A stretch of 55,012 nt of DNA from a bacterium (lineage in GTDB: Bacteria; Auribacterota; UBA3054), in the NCBI GenBank assembly GCA_017554565.1, contig JAFZID010000167.1, positions 1-55,012 on the forward strand, given 5' to 3'. The notes under the pieces are model-generated. The model was not told where the DNA came from and did no database searches. It saw nothing but the letters and a program-made list of their open reading frames with translations. A program made the position numbers and the translations under genes. Below are positions 25,509 through 35,500 of the stretch, piece by piece. Numbering within the stretch: the stretch's first letter is position 1; each line of letters opens with the position of its first letter.

Positions 25509-28500
25509 TTATACGGATTTCTTTTTGTCAGAAGCGAAGAGCAGGTAAACCATGGGCAGGACGAACATCATGACGATGCCCGAGAAGGTCACGCCGCCCA
25601 CGGAAATAATGCCGATAGAGACGCGCAATTCCGCCGCGATGCCTTTTGCCAGCGCCATGGGCAGCATGCCGATGGCGCTGGCGCAGGTCACCATCATGAC
25701 CGGCGTGAACTGGTCCTTCAGGGCGAAGATCATGGCTTCGCGCTTAGAGAGCCCGCCCGCCGCGGCCTGGTTCGCGCAGTCGATGAACAGCACGGCCGCG
25801 TTCACGACCACGCCGATCAGCGTCACTACGCCCAAAAGCACGAAAATGGAGACCTGGTGCCCTGTTATGAACAGGGACCACATGACGCCCACCAAGCCCA
25901 AAGGCAGGGTGGTCAGGATGTAGATCGGGCTCGTGAAGGATTCAAGGATGGCCGCCAGCGTTAAGAACGTAAGGAAGACCGCCATGATGGCCGCTTCCAT
26001 AAAGTCCGGGATAGCCTCGTCCATGTATTCCGAGGAGCCCGAAGTTTCCGTGTAGTAGCCAGCCGGCAGGAGCTCTTCCTTTTTCAGGGTGTCCAGCACG
26101 TTGTTGATAGCTTTGCTAAGAGACCCGCCCTGCGCCAGGTCCGCGATAATGGAGACGCCGCGGCTCTTGTCGCGCCTGTAGACCTTACTGGGCTGATAGG
26201 AGTCCTGGATGTCTGCCACGGTCTCAAGCATTACCGTCTTCCCGCCCGCGGGGATCGTGAAGTCCTTGACCTGGTTCTTGCCGGGGATCTCCTGGTATTT
26301 CACGCGGATGTGGTAAGTGCGGTCGCCTTTCCTGTAGTCCGCGGCTTTGATACCGTCGATGTTGGCTAATAAGCAGTAGCCGAGTTCCTGGGCTGTCAAT
26401 CCGTAGTCCGACATGATGGCGCGCTTGGGCGTTATCTTGATTTCCTCTTTGCCGTCTCTGACGGAGGTGTCGGTCGTAGTGATGTTGACGTCGGTGTCCA
26501 GAACTTCCTGGGACCTTAAGCCGATCTTGTTCAGCTGATCGAGGTCGCTGCCGAGAACGATGACGTTAAGAGGCAGCTGCTGGTTGCCCATGGCGTTCAA
26601 AATAGAGATCGTGATGATGCAGTCGGTCTCGTCCTTCACCAGTTCCCTGATGTCGTCCAGCCTGTCGAACAAACTCCACTTACGCTGCGTCTTGTCCTTG
26701 AAGAAGAGCTGTATTTGGCCTAAGAAGACGCCTTCCGTAGCTTCCTTGATGTCGCCGTCCACTTTGCCGATCGTCACCATGGAGTAATCCAGGTCCGACA
26801 ATCCCGTCAGCTTCGCTTCGATGGCCGCCATTCTCTCGGTAGTCTTGTCGAGGTTGTAGTAAGTCGGGTACTCGACTTTCACGCAGACTCTGGCCAGGTC
26901 GATAGGCTCGGTGAAAATGAAGCCGATCTTGTTGATGAGGGACATCGACTGCAAAAGCAGAAGCAGGCAGACGATAACGACTACGACCGTCAGAAGCTTG
27001 GAGCGCGACAAAAACTCCACGATAGCCGCGTAGGCTTCCCCAAGGCTCTGCTGGATCCCCACCACGAGGTCCTCGAAGGCCTTGCCGATACCTTTGTCTT
27101 TCTTTGTCATGAAGATAGCGCACAGCATCGGCGTAAGCGTAAAGCTGATGAAGATGGAGGCCAGGTTGATGATCAGCGTCGTCACGGCGAACGGCCTGAA
27201 GAACAATCCCACGATGGAGCTCATCATGGAAATAGGGATCATCACGACGACGTTCGTGCCCGCGGAGGCCAAAACCGCCACCGCCACGTCGGAGGTGCCG
27301 ACTCTGGCGGCTTCCCAGGGACTGTCGAAGTCCGGGAACCTCTTCACGATCGACTGCAGCACGACGATGGAGTTCGAGACCAGAACGCCCGTTGACAAAC
27401 CAAGAGCCAACAGCGTCGCGGTGTTCAGGGAGTTTCCGGTCAAAAAGACGAAGAACAAGCTTATGATAACTGTCAGCGGCATGGCTACGCCCGCCACTAC
27501 GGCCGTCCTTATGTTCGCCAGGAAGATGATCAATATTATGGCGCACAGAACGATACTGCTGACGATGTCCGAGATGCCGCCCTTTACCATCGAGGAGACG
27601 ATATTGGCGTCGTCGGAGACCCAGATCATCTCCATGCCGCCGGGCATATTCTTGCTCAGCTCTTCGTAGCGCTTCCTGATAAGCTCCACCACCCTTACGG
27701 TGTTGGCTTCCGACTTCTTGACGATCTTTAAGAGTACGCCCTGCTTTCCGTTCAGCGTCGCCCTCTGCCGCACTTCCTCAGTTGACATGAAGACTTTGCC
27801 CAGGTCCGCCAGGGTTATCCTCTGCCCGTTGTTATTAGCCACTTCCAGGCTGGCGATATCTTCCACCGCGTCGTACTCGGCGTCGAACCTTACCGAGAAC
27901 TCCATGCCCTTCTCTCTAACTCGCCCGGAGGGCAGGTTCAAGATCTCGGCCTGCAGTTTCTCCACCAATTGCCCGGTGGTCAGGTTCGCTTCCGCCATCT
28001 TCTCGCGATCGACTTCTACGTGCACTTCCCTTTCGTTGCCGCCCACCAGCGTCACTTCCGACACGCCGCTTAAGGCCGCGAACTGGTCGCCCAGCTCGTT
28101 GTCGGCGTAGTCGTACATATCGTCCACGTCCGCCGAGCCGGTCAGGAAGATGTTCGCGACAGCCGTCGCGTTAATGTTTATCTTCTCGATGATCGGCCTG
28201 TCGGCGTCCGTCGGCAGGTCGTCCAGGATCGTATCGAGTTTTTCCCTGACGTCCACGGCCGCGGTGTCCACGTCCACGTCCAGGTTGAATTCCAGCGAGA
28301 TATAGCACAGGTTCTCCATACAGGAGGCGTCGATGTGCTTAAGCCCGTCCACGCCGGCCACGGCGTCCTCGATTCTTTTTGCGATATCCTTTTCGATATC
28401 CGAGGGCGTCGCTCCCAGCCAGGTCGTCGAGATCGTGACATACGGGATGTCCATCTGCGGCAAGAGCTCCAGTGAGATCTTGCGGTAGGCGTTCAATCCC

Positions 28501-28571
28501 AATGCCACCAGCGCGATGAGCAAGCAGGACATCGCGACAGGTCTTTTCGTTGAAGCGTCTGATAAAAACAT
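25509..28571 (-). CDS. RND-family efflux transporter permease (AcrB/HAE1-like)
   Basis: The protein is 1020 aa. Its layout is typical: an N-terminal TM helix, a large periplasmic loop and TM clusters, with an internal duplication. Confidence 0.92.
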   Translation of the reverse strand: MFLSDASTKRPVAMSCLLIALVALGLNAYRKISLELLPQMDIPYVTISTTWLGATPSDIEKDIAKRIEDAVAGVDGLKHIDASCMENLCYISLEFNLDVDVDTAAVDVREKLDTILDDLPTDADRPIIEKININATAVANIFLTGSADVDDMYDYADNELGDQFAALSGVSEVTLVGGNEREVHVEVDREKMAEANLTTGQLVEKLQAEILNLPSGRVREKGMEFSVRFDAEYDAVEDIASLEVANNNGQRITLADLGKVFMSTEEVRQRATLNGKQGVLLKIVKKSEANTVRVVELIRKRYEELSKNMPGGMEMIWVSDDANIVSSMVKGGISDIVSSIVLCAIILIIFLANIRTAVVAGVAMPLTVIISLFFVFLTGNSLNTATLLALGLSTGVLVSNSIVVLQSIVKRFPDFDSPWEAARVGTSDVAVAVLASAGTNVVVMIPISMMSSIVGLFFRPFAVTTLIINLASIFISFTLTPMLCAIFMTKKDKGIGKAFEDLVVGIQQSLGEAYAAIVEFLSRSKLLTVVVVIVCLLLLLQSMSLINKIGFIFTEPIDLARVCVKVEYPTYYNLDKTTERMAAIEAKLTGLSDLDYSMVTIGKVDGDIKEATEGVFLGQIQLFFKDKTQRKWSLFDRLDDIRELVKDETDCIITISILNAMGNQQLPLNVIVLGSDLDQLNKIGLRSQEVLDTDVNITTTDTSVRDGKEEIKITPKRAIMSDYGLTAQELGYCLLANIDGIKAADYRKGDRTYHIRVKYQEIPGKNQVKDFTIPAGGKTVMLETVADIQDSYQPSKVYRRDKSRGVSIIADLAQGGSLSKAINNVLDTLKKEELLPAGYYTETSGSSEYMDEAIPDFMEAAIMAVFLTFLTLAAILESFTSPIYILTTLPLGLVGVMWSLFITGHQVSIFVLLGVVTLIGVVVNAAVLFIDCANQAAAGGLSKREAMIFALKDQFTPVMMVTCASAIGMLPMALAKGIAAELRVSIGIISVGGVTFSGIVMMFVLPMVYLLFASDKKKSV

Positions 28572-28579
28572 AAGAACTC

Positions 28580-29743
28580 CTACTTCTCCGAAGAATTCAT
28601 GACCTGAACAACAGCTCCGTCAGCTACCTGGCTCTGTCCTTCCACCAAGACCATATCGCCTTCCTTAAGATCCGGCGAGGACACTTCGATCATAGTTTCG
28701 GCATCCGGCCCCTTCACGACCGGCACTTCCTTAACGGTCTTCCCATCAGCATTAAGAACATACACCACATCGTTATCCCGTCTATGCAACACAGACGCCA
28801 GCGGCACCGATAGCCCGTTCTTGCTCTGCAGCTCTATTTCCACCTGCACCAGCGTTCCCGGCACCAGATTCCCGCTCTCGTTGTACAAATACCCCTTTAT
28901 GTCGAAGGTCCTAAGTTTCTCATCGATAGTCGGCGCTTTCATCGCGACAGGATACGATCCTACCTTCTCCCCCCCATAATACACTGTAAACTGTGTCTTC
29001 CCAGCCGTGATCAGGGGATAATACACCGCCGGCACCGCCGCCCACATTTCCAATTTATACGTATCCGCCACTAAACACACCTGGCTTCCGACTCCCACGA
29101 AGTCTCCCGCCAGATAATTGCAGTACACGACATATCCGGTATAAGGCGCCAAGGACACGGTATCCGACAGATTCTTCCTAGCAATTCCCAGCGCCGCATC
29201 CGCCTGCGTCACCTTATCCTCCGACAGCTTCACGTTCGCTTCCTGCACGTCTATCTTCGCCTTGCTCTTCAGATACGTCGCTTCATAATCCTGGTACTCC
29301 TCTAAGGGCACCACGGCCTTCTCCAGCAGTATCTTATACCTTTCATAATTCAGCTCATCCACATGGAAGTCCGCCTTAGCCTGCTCCAGATTCGCCCGTG
29401 CCACGTCCAAACTGCTCTTCGCCACATTCAGATCCTGCTCGGCCATCGTCACGGCCCTTTCCGCATTCTCCTTATCTATCTGGAAGAGTTTCGTCTCTCC
29501 CTTCACTGTCGGCGTTCCCTTCACCACCCACACGTCATCCAGATTCCCGGTCGCTCTGGCGCACACAGTCGCATAATCGCTCGCCTTCAGAGTTGACAGC
29601 AGATTGATCTTATACGTAAAGTCCTGCCTACCCACCGTAGCGCACACGACTTTCACCGCGGGTTTCTCTTTCGTAACGACAGCCTCCTCCTTCGAGCACG
29701 CAACCCCAAGGAGCAACACCAGAATCAAAGGTATATAACGCAT
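28580..29743 (-). CDS. RND efflux periplasmic adaptor (membrane fusion protein, HlyD family) lipoprotein
   Basis: Lipobox LLGVAC. It has a coiled-coil hairpin region and beta-barrel segments. It lies 8 nt upstream of the RND permease. Confidence 0.88.
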   Translation of the reverse strand: MRYIPLILVLLLGVACSKEEAVVTKEKPAVKVVCATVGRQDFTYKINLLSTLKASDYATVCARATGNLDDVWVVKGTPTVKGETKLFQIDKENAERAVTMAEQDLNVAKSSLDVARANLEQAKADFHVDELNYERYKILLEKAVVPLEEYQDYEATYLKSKAKIDVQEANVKLSEDKVTQADAALGIARKNLSDTVSLAPYTGYVVYCNYLAGDFVGVGSQVCLVADTYKLEMWAAVPAVYYPLITAGKTQFTVYYGGEKVGSYPVAMKAPTIDEKLRTFDIKGYLYNESGNLVPGTLVQVEIELQSKNGLSVPLASVLHRRDNDVVYVLNADGKTVKEVPVVKGPDAETMIEVSSPDLKEGDMVLVEGQSQVADGAVVQVMNSSEK

Positions 29744-29833
29744 ACTTTCCCCAAAACTAAGGGTTAATTAAAAAACACTGTTAAAATAATATTTTACCAA
29801 ATAACCCAAAACCAACACCACACACCACCAAAC

Positions 29834-29860
29834 CAAAAAAAGAGCCCCGCCAAGCGGGGC
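29834..29860 (-). terminator. Rho-independent terminator after the 126-aa gene
   Basis: The stem GCCCCGC / GCGGGGC (29844-29860) has a CAA loop. A run of 7 T follows on the minus strand. Confidence 0.65.
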
Positions 29861-29887
29861 CCCCCACAAACCAAAAAAACCAACCAA

Positions 29888-30268
29888 TCATTTCGAACTC
29901 TTCACCGCCACGGTCTTCTTCGCCTTAGCGCCAATATTCCTAGTCTTCGTCACGGTCACAGTCTTCTCGTTCCCTTTCTCCGGACCGCTCCTCGCCAGCG
30001 TCAGCAGCAGCTTAAGCGGCCCCACATCCCGCGGAGTCCCAATCCCACACACCTTCCCCGCAGCATTCCGCACCAAAACCACCGGCAGCACTTCCTCAAA
30101 AATCACCGCATGAAAAGCATACAGCCCCCGATCGATAGCCATCGCCATCGCCTCAGGCCGCATGCTCCACCCCCTACCGCCGTACGTCCCTCCCAACAAA
30201 ACGATCGCATCCGGATCCTTCGCCTTCGGCCCAGCCAACTCCACCCACGACACTTCAATATCACGCAT
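29888..30268 (-). CDS. Small hypothetical protein (126 aa), possibly DUF3892-like, with a Lys-rich tail
   Basis: A perfect AGGAGG RBS lies 5 nt upstream of the ATG and GC is backbone-like. The pattern LLGG...GWSMRPEAMAMAIDRGLYAFH loosely resembles DUF3892, which is a weak call. Confidence 0.6.
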   Translation of the reverse strand: MRDIEVSWVELAGPKAKDPDAIVLLGGTYGGRGWSMRPEAMAMAIDRGLYAFHAVIFEEVLPVVLVRNAAGKVCGIGTPRDVGPLKLLLTLARSGPEKGNEKTVTVTKTRNIGAKAKKTVAVKSSK

Positions 30269-30380
30269 AGTTACCTCCTACAGGTTTGATTACAATCGCT
30301 ATTATTTTAACTAGCATATTAATTTTACTAAACTTTACCTCATAACAACCTATCCACCAGCCCAAACCGCCCCACCAAAC

Positions 30381-30410
30381 AAAAAAGCTCCGCCAAGCGA
30401 GGCTTTTTTC
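30381..30410. terminator. Imperfect bidirectional terminator-like hairpin downstream of the defence operon
   Basis: AAAAAA-GCTCCGC CAA GCGAGGC-TTTTTT. It is a near-copy of the 29834-29860 element. Confidence 0.5.
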
Positions 30411-30539
30411 TCCGCTACCAATTTTAGTAGCGAATGTAATCCTTTTCCCTACAAACTCACTATTTTCGCTAACTTCTATCTATTTTACTAGCTTTTACCA
30501 GATTAGTTAGTCCACTATTACTTTTCTAAATATCGTTAA

Positions 30540-31604
30540 TTATTTGTAAATCTGATCTCTGACAATTTCAACGAACCCTGTTATATCCAAGTAATAGTTT
30601 GGGTAGGCTTCGTTCAGTTGTTTAATAGAAGACACACGAACAAGTACCGCATCTGTTTTATCTTTCTCTCTGGTTTGTTCAATCTCATCATATTTTTTGT
30701 TTGCTTCCAAAAAATCGCTGGATTGATATAAGATAATATTCAACTTTTTTTCTTCGTAATTTAATTTCAAAATAGCATAAGCAGCATTTTTATCAAACTT
30801 TTTATCCTTATTAGCCTGAGTTGCAGACTTCACTCCAGAAAGAAATTCTAGATATTGATTTTTTATATCAAGTTCTTTAATTTCTTTTATAAGCTCTTCT
30901 TTACTAGATGGCGTATTGGGCACACATGGTTGTCCCTCTAAGATAGCAAAGAGAGATGAAACTAAAGCAAAAAAACGTCTAATATCACGTGACCCGCCAC
31001 CAGCTTTTATGGCCTCTCTTTTAAAAGTCCCCATGGTTTCTACGGCGGTTGCCCAAGCATGCTGAAGGCGAGAACGAAACTGAATTTCAATCAGCATGTT
31101 TCTGTTGTAGTCCTCACGTTTATCACTATGATATTTATATACTGCATGTAGACTTCTGTATCCATCTTCTTTTGGGTTCTTTATATAATCTTTAACTCTA
31201 ATTTTGATATGTCGTTTTCGAGATTTATCATATTTCTCGAAATATTCATAAACATTCTCTCCTGGCGGTACAACCATTCTACAACCACCTATGTCCTGCA
31301 TCTCCCATAAACTCATAAATGGCTCCCGCTCTAATTTGTTGATAATAGAGTCCTTTCTTTTTAATCTTTCGGCAACAATTATATTTGATTTGTTCTTAGT
31401 AAATCTTCGCAAGTGAATATAAATAACATGCATTGGAAAAGCGTGAGAGGCGCGCCAATTGTTCAGAACTTTTTCGGATTCTAAATCCAAACATCCTTTT
31501 TTTATATTCCGCCCAGCTTTTAAAATTTGGCCCTTTGAATACTCAAGTTTTTTCCATTTTGGTTGTTGGATTTTTTTCATATAATATTCCTCATCTTTAA
31601 GCAA
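30540..31604 (-). CDS. RelA/SpoT-domain protein (small alarmone synthetase / toxSAS-like) with a ~150-aa C-terminal extension
   Basis: Synthetase-fold motifs are MQDIGGCRMVV, DGYRSLHAVYKY and IEIQFRSRLQHAWATAVE. No HD hydrolase domain is present. Confidence 0.85.
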   Translation of the reverse strand: MLKDEEYYMKKIQQPKWKKLEYSKGQILKAGRNIKKGCLDLESEKVLNNWRASHAFPMHVIYIHLRRFTKNKSNIIVAERLKRKDSIINKLEREPFMSLWEMQDIGGCRMVVPPGENVYEYFEKYDKSRKRHIKIRVKDYIKNPKEDGYRSLHAVYKYHSDKREDYNRNMLIEIQFRSRLQHAWATAVETMGTFKREAIKAGGGSRDIRRFFALVSSLFAILEGQPCVPNTPSSKEELIKEIKELDIKNQYLEFLSGVKSATQANKDKKFDKNAAYAILKLNYEEKKLNIILYQSSDFLEANKKYDEIEQTREKDKTDAVLVRVSSIKQLNEAYPNYYLDITGFVEIVRDQIYK

Positions 31605-31640
31605 AAATTCAATTGTTTAAACGCTATTAAGCAAAATGTG

Positions 31641-32486
31641 TTATAAGCTTTTTTTAAGCTCGCTCATACGTTTTTTCCTTTCCACATGGTTAATTTTGAG
31701 AAAAACTAGTAATAATGTTTGATAGGTTTCATCATACCAATATTCGCGTTCTTCATCACTCATATTAGCCACAGCTTTTTTATAATTTTTGCTGTCTTTC
31801 CCAATATTATTATGGCGAATATTTAGGGTGTTTAGCAAAAATCCAATATCTGACCGGAGCGCCTTACTAATATGTTCAAGTTTTGTTTCGTAATTTTCTA
31901 GTTCAATGGCAAGTGATTCAAGCACTCTTCTTTTACCTTCAAGATTTCCTTTCATGGAGTTATGGTTATATTCCAATAAGAGAGACGACAAATCCTGGTT
32001 AAGTATTTCAGATACAGAAATAGCTGCTTGAGATTTGGGAACGATATGAGTTTCTCCTTCTTTTTCATTACACATATATCCCATTTTTTCTATTACAGTT
32101 AAAACTTGTTTTATATAAAGATCTAATGGTTCTTTCATTCTCTCTCTCCAACGATAAGGAATCTTTGAATCATTAGCATCTCTAGCACCGCATACCAAAT
32201 TATAAGAGTATTCACAAAAAGATAGCAAATAATCAACATCAGCATTGGCCGGAACAGATTCGCCAAAGCATTTTTTGTGGACACTATCGTAATCGGATAA
32301 TGTCAAACAAGTGTCGCGCAAGGTTATTTTCTTAAAGCTCTTAGAAATAAACTCTCTGATGGTGCAATAATCTGTAATATCTACATGGTGCGATTCTTTA
32401 TAAAATATATAGTAAAGTCTTTCATACTCTTTCTTCCAATTGAAAGATGTATCTTTCAAAACTTGAGAAAATGTTTTTCTTTCCAT
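31641..32486 (-). CDS. Hypothetical protein (281 aa) with no recognisable domain
   Basis: A long ORF in the operon's strand and composition. It lies 35 nt after the giant helicase gene and 36 nt before the RelA/SpoT gene. Confidence 0.7.
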   Translation of the reverse strand: MERKTFSQVLKDTSFNWKKEYERLYYIFYKESHHVDITDYCTIREFISKSFKKITLRDTCLTLSDYDSVHKKCFGESVPANADVDYLLSFCEYSYNLVCGARDANDSKIPYRWRERMKEPLDLYIKQVLTVIEKMGYMCNEKEGETHIVPKSQAAISVSEILNQDLSSLLLEYNHNSMKGNLEGKRRVLESLAIELENYETKLEHISKALRSDIGFLLNTLNIRHNNIGKDSKNYKKAVANMSDEEREYWYDETYQTLLLVFLKINHVERKKRMSELKKSL

Positions 32487-32521
32487 AACAAATGATTTAT
32501 CTAATGTTTATTTATAATTAA

Positions 32522-35500
32522 TCAAAATAAAGATTCGTATCTATATGTGTCTAATCCAGTATTACAGAGTGCAACGAAACCAGGCGAAAATTGCATGACA
32601 TTAAAGAAATGCCAGAATCCGTTCCATTCTTGTTCATATTTATTGGTCCTACTATCTAACCTATCATCGAGCATTGCACAAACAGATATGGGACAATACG
32701 GATCAAACTTGATTTTGTTAAAGGGAACCCCTGCATAAACATTAATATGTGCATCTGTGCCACGAGGGCTCCATGTACCAAATAACGTTTCCAAATAAAC
32801 AAATTCGTCTTCTACAAAATGTACCTGATCATTGATTATCTTTATTTGATTGATCCAAGAATCAAATCCTTCGTTGTTCTGGGTTGCGTTAGGTACTAAT
32901 AAAGATAACGAATAGGCTTTTGCTTGGGCTTGAAATAAATATTCGGCATTATCTAGTTCAAGATACTGCATAAGAAGTTCTAGTGTAGACATCCTATACG
33001 GCTTTAGTTTTTCTGCCTTTAAATAGCCAACAGTCGGATGATAGATATTTGATGGCATCTGTTCAGGAATAAGTGTTGGCGTAGCATAATTACTTTGTAT
33101 AGAGAAAGCCGATTTGACATCATGCCAGCTTAAAACCCAAACCCTATATTTCCCACTTCTCCTAATGGCTTCCCTTTTTAGCGTATCATCAGCGACATTG
33201 TCCTTATGATATTTATAGCCATCAGTGAAAATAGCAACCGGAAGTTTTTTGTCGTTATTTTTTGGTCTGATAATAAAATCTGGCTTACAGGTTACTTTCA
33301 CTCCTTGGGTGTGATCAAGCTTGACTTGAGGTTCTATTTCCCATTCGGCGTCATTAACCTTTAAGTTATAACCCTCTTTTCCATTGATAATGGATTTCTC
33401 TATTTCTACTTTACGACTGCTATTTCCCATCTTTGGAATGGCTGATATAAATAAGCGTTCCAATTCACTGTCAAACAGCGTATTAACAGGGACATCCGCT
33501 AATTTCTTAATCTTAGTCAGCTTATTCTTCCCGCTAAGAATCTTCTTTAGGATGCTAATTGCAGTGTTTCTGGATATGTTTCCAATATTCCGGCTCTGTC
33601 TATAGGCATATAAGCAGTGATAGCATCCATCTTTTTGAGGATCATCCTTGCATGAACAGTCCTCTAATTTTTGAAGGGCTCTTTCTAATATGTCTATCAA
33701 CGAGCCTTCTTGATTCATCAGCTGCTTCAGATACCCTGTTCCGCCAGGGACAGAATCATAGATAACAAGATATTGTTTACTGTAATCAGCATCAGTAACG
33801 GGAACTTCGCTAACAACGGCTCTTAGATGATCGACATTGCCAAAATATTCCTTCATACCTAGCATAAAAGCCGCCGTAAATGATTCTGTCCTGACCTTGG
33901 AAGAATCCAAAGTAGTTGCAGGTATCAGAATACGCAAAGCTTCAGTAGTAAATTCACGATACAAGAATAAGCAGTCTTCATATGGATTTTCTTCGCCAGA
34001 AGGTGATTTTCTTGTTTTGCAATAGAAGGTATGAGCATTATTATTTTGATCTGTTTGAATCTTCCCACAATGTTTACATATCCTAAATCCGTTTCTTACT
34101 TCCTCAACTCCGGAAACCATCAACTTCTCGCCAACCTGAGTTAACTCGCCGAAATTGATGTCACGAAGAGTTGCTTTCTTTACAAACTCATAGCCAAAGG
34201 AAAATTCATCGTTATCCATTTGATAAGCACAGGTAACGTCATTTCCTTCGTCAACGTCAACCAAAAGCTGCTTGCAATAGAAAGTGTTGGTCCTGCCGTC
34301 GCTGTCGTCTGATATCAAGCTATCAGCATACTTCATATTGGAATAGACCATCTGTACCTTTAACATATTCCTAACTTGACCGGCATCTGCCCAGCCAGGG
34401 CTTCCACATCTTGGACAAGTAGCGGTATTTTCGCCGGACACTTCTATTTCAGCATGGGAGCAATTCGGACACAATCTCCATTTTTCAAATTGAGCGCTAG
34501 TCAGATCAACCTGATCAACTTTTAACTTTCTCCCATCCACATAGAAGTTGTTATTGGGAGCAAATTCAGTAAGCGCTATAGAAGCTGATCGTCTATATTC
34601 ATAGGTCGATTTTGAATATTTAGAAGCGCCTTCATCTCCATCATCCTTGCGGTAAAGTACGGCCCTCAATATTATGCCCGATTCGGGGAATGCGTAATTC
34701 GGCAAAAGTCCTTCATCAGAAAGGAAATTAAATATGTCTTTTCTGTTGATTTCTTTTACCACGTTTATAAGAGCGTTTTTCTCGGATTTTAATTCCTTAA
34801 TTTCCTTCTCATATGATGAGTCTTTCGGCTTCTTCTCCAGATCCTTGATCATCATATTAAGCTCTTTAATACTCTTAGAAAGCGAGTCTCTCTGTTTTTT
34901 AAGAGCATTGAACGCTTCCAACACCTGGAGGTGCATCGGGCTTTTAAAATCAACGCCTTTAACAAACTCTTTAAGTTCCTTTTTTGCTATTTCGTCAATA
35001 TAATTGGAAAAAAGCTGAATAAAAGAACTTAAAAGTTGCGTGAGATTATCCTGAACATAGAGCAAAAAGTTAAACGGGAAAGCATCTGCGGGATGAGCAT
35101 CGAGTTTATTAAGCACTAGGCTGACATTCTTCGGAATAGAATCTTCTGTAGCGCCAGCTTTTACCCAGGTGTCCATACAATATGCTACAAATTGACGTTC
35201 AAGCACAGCAGAAGCCTTTAAAAAGATCTTCGGAGATACAACGTTTCCTTCTATCATTTCCAAAGGTTCGGAATAGAAGTACGAATCGTGAGGTTTAGCG
35301 GAAGCAATAGCCAGTGTCAAAGCATTTCCGTCTTTTCGTCCTGCGCGGCCAGTGCGCTGCAAGAATTGCGCTTGTGCAGGAGGAACACTACATAAAACGA
35401 TAGAGGAAAGGTCGCCGATATCAATACCCATTTCAAGCGTAGGCGTACAGCTTAGGACATTAGGATCCCACATTTTTGAAGAATCCTTTTTCCTCTTGAA

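Noticed and set aside
26680-27546. A 288-aa minus-strand ORF and several plus-strand ORFs lie within the RND permease gene.
   Set aside because: They are out-of-frame overlaps with a full-length 1020-aa RND protein, and their composition is Arg/Gly-rich and implausible.
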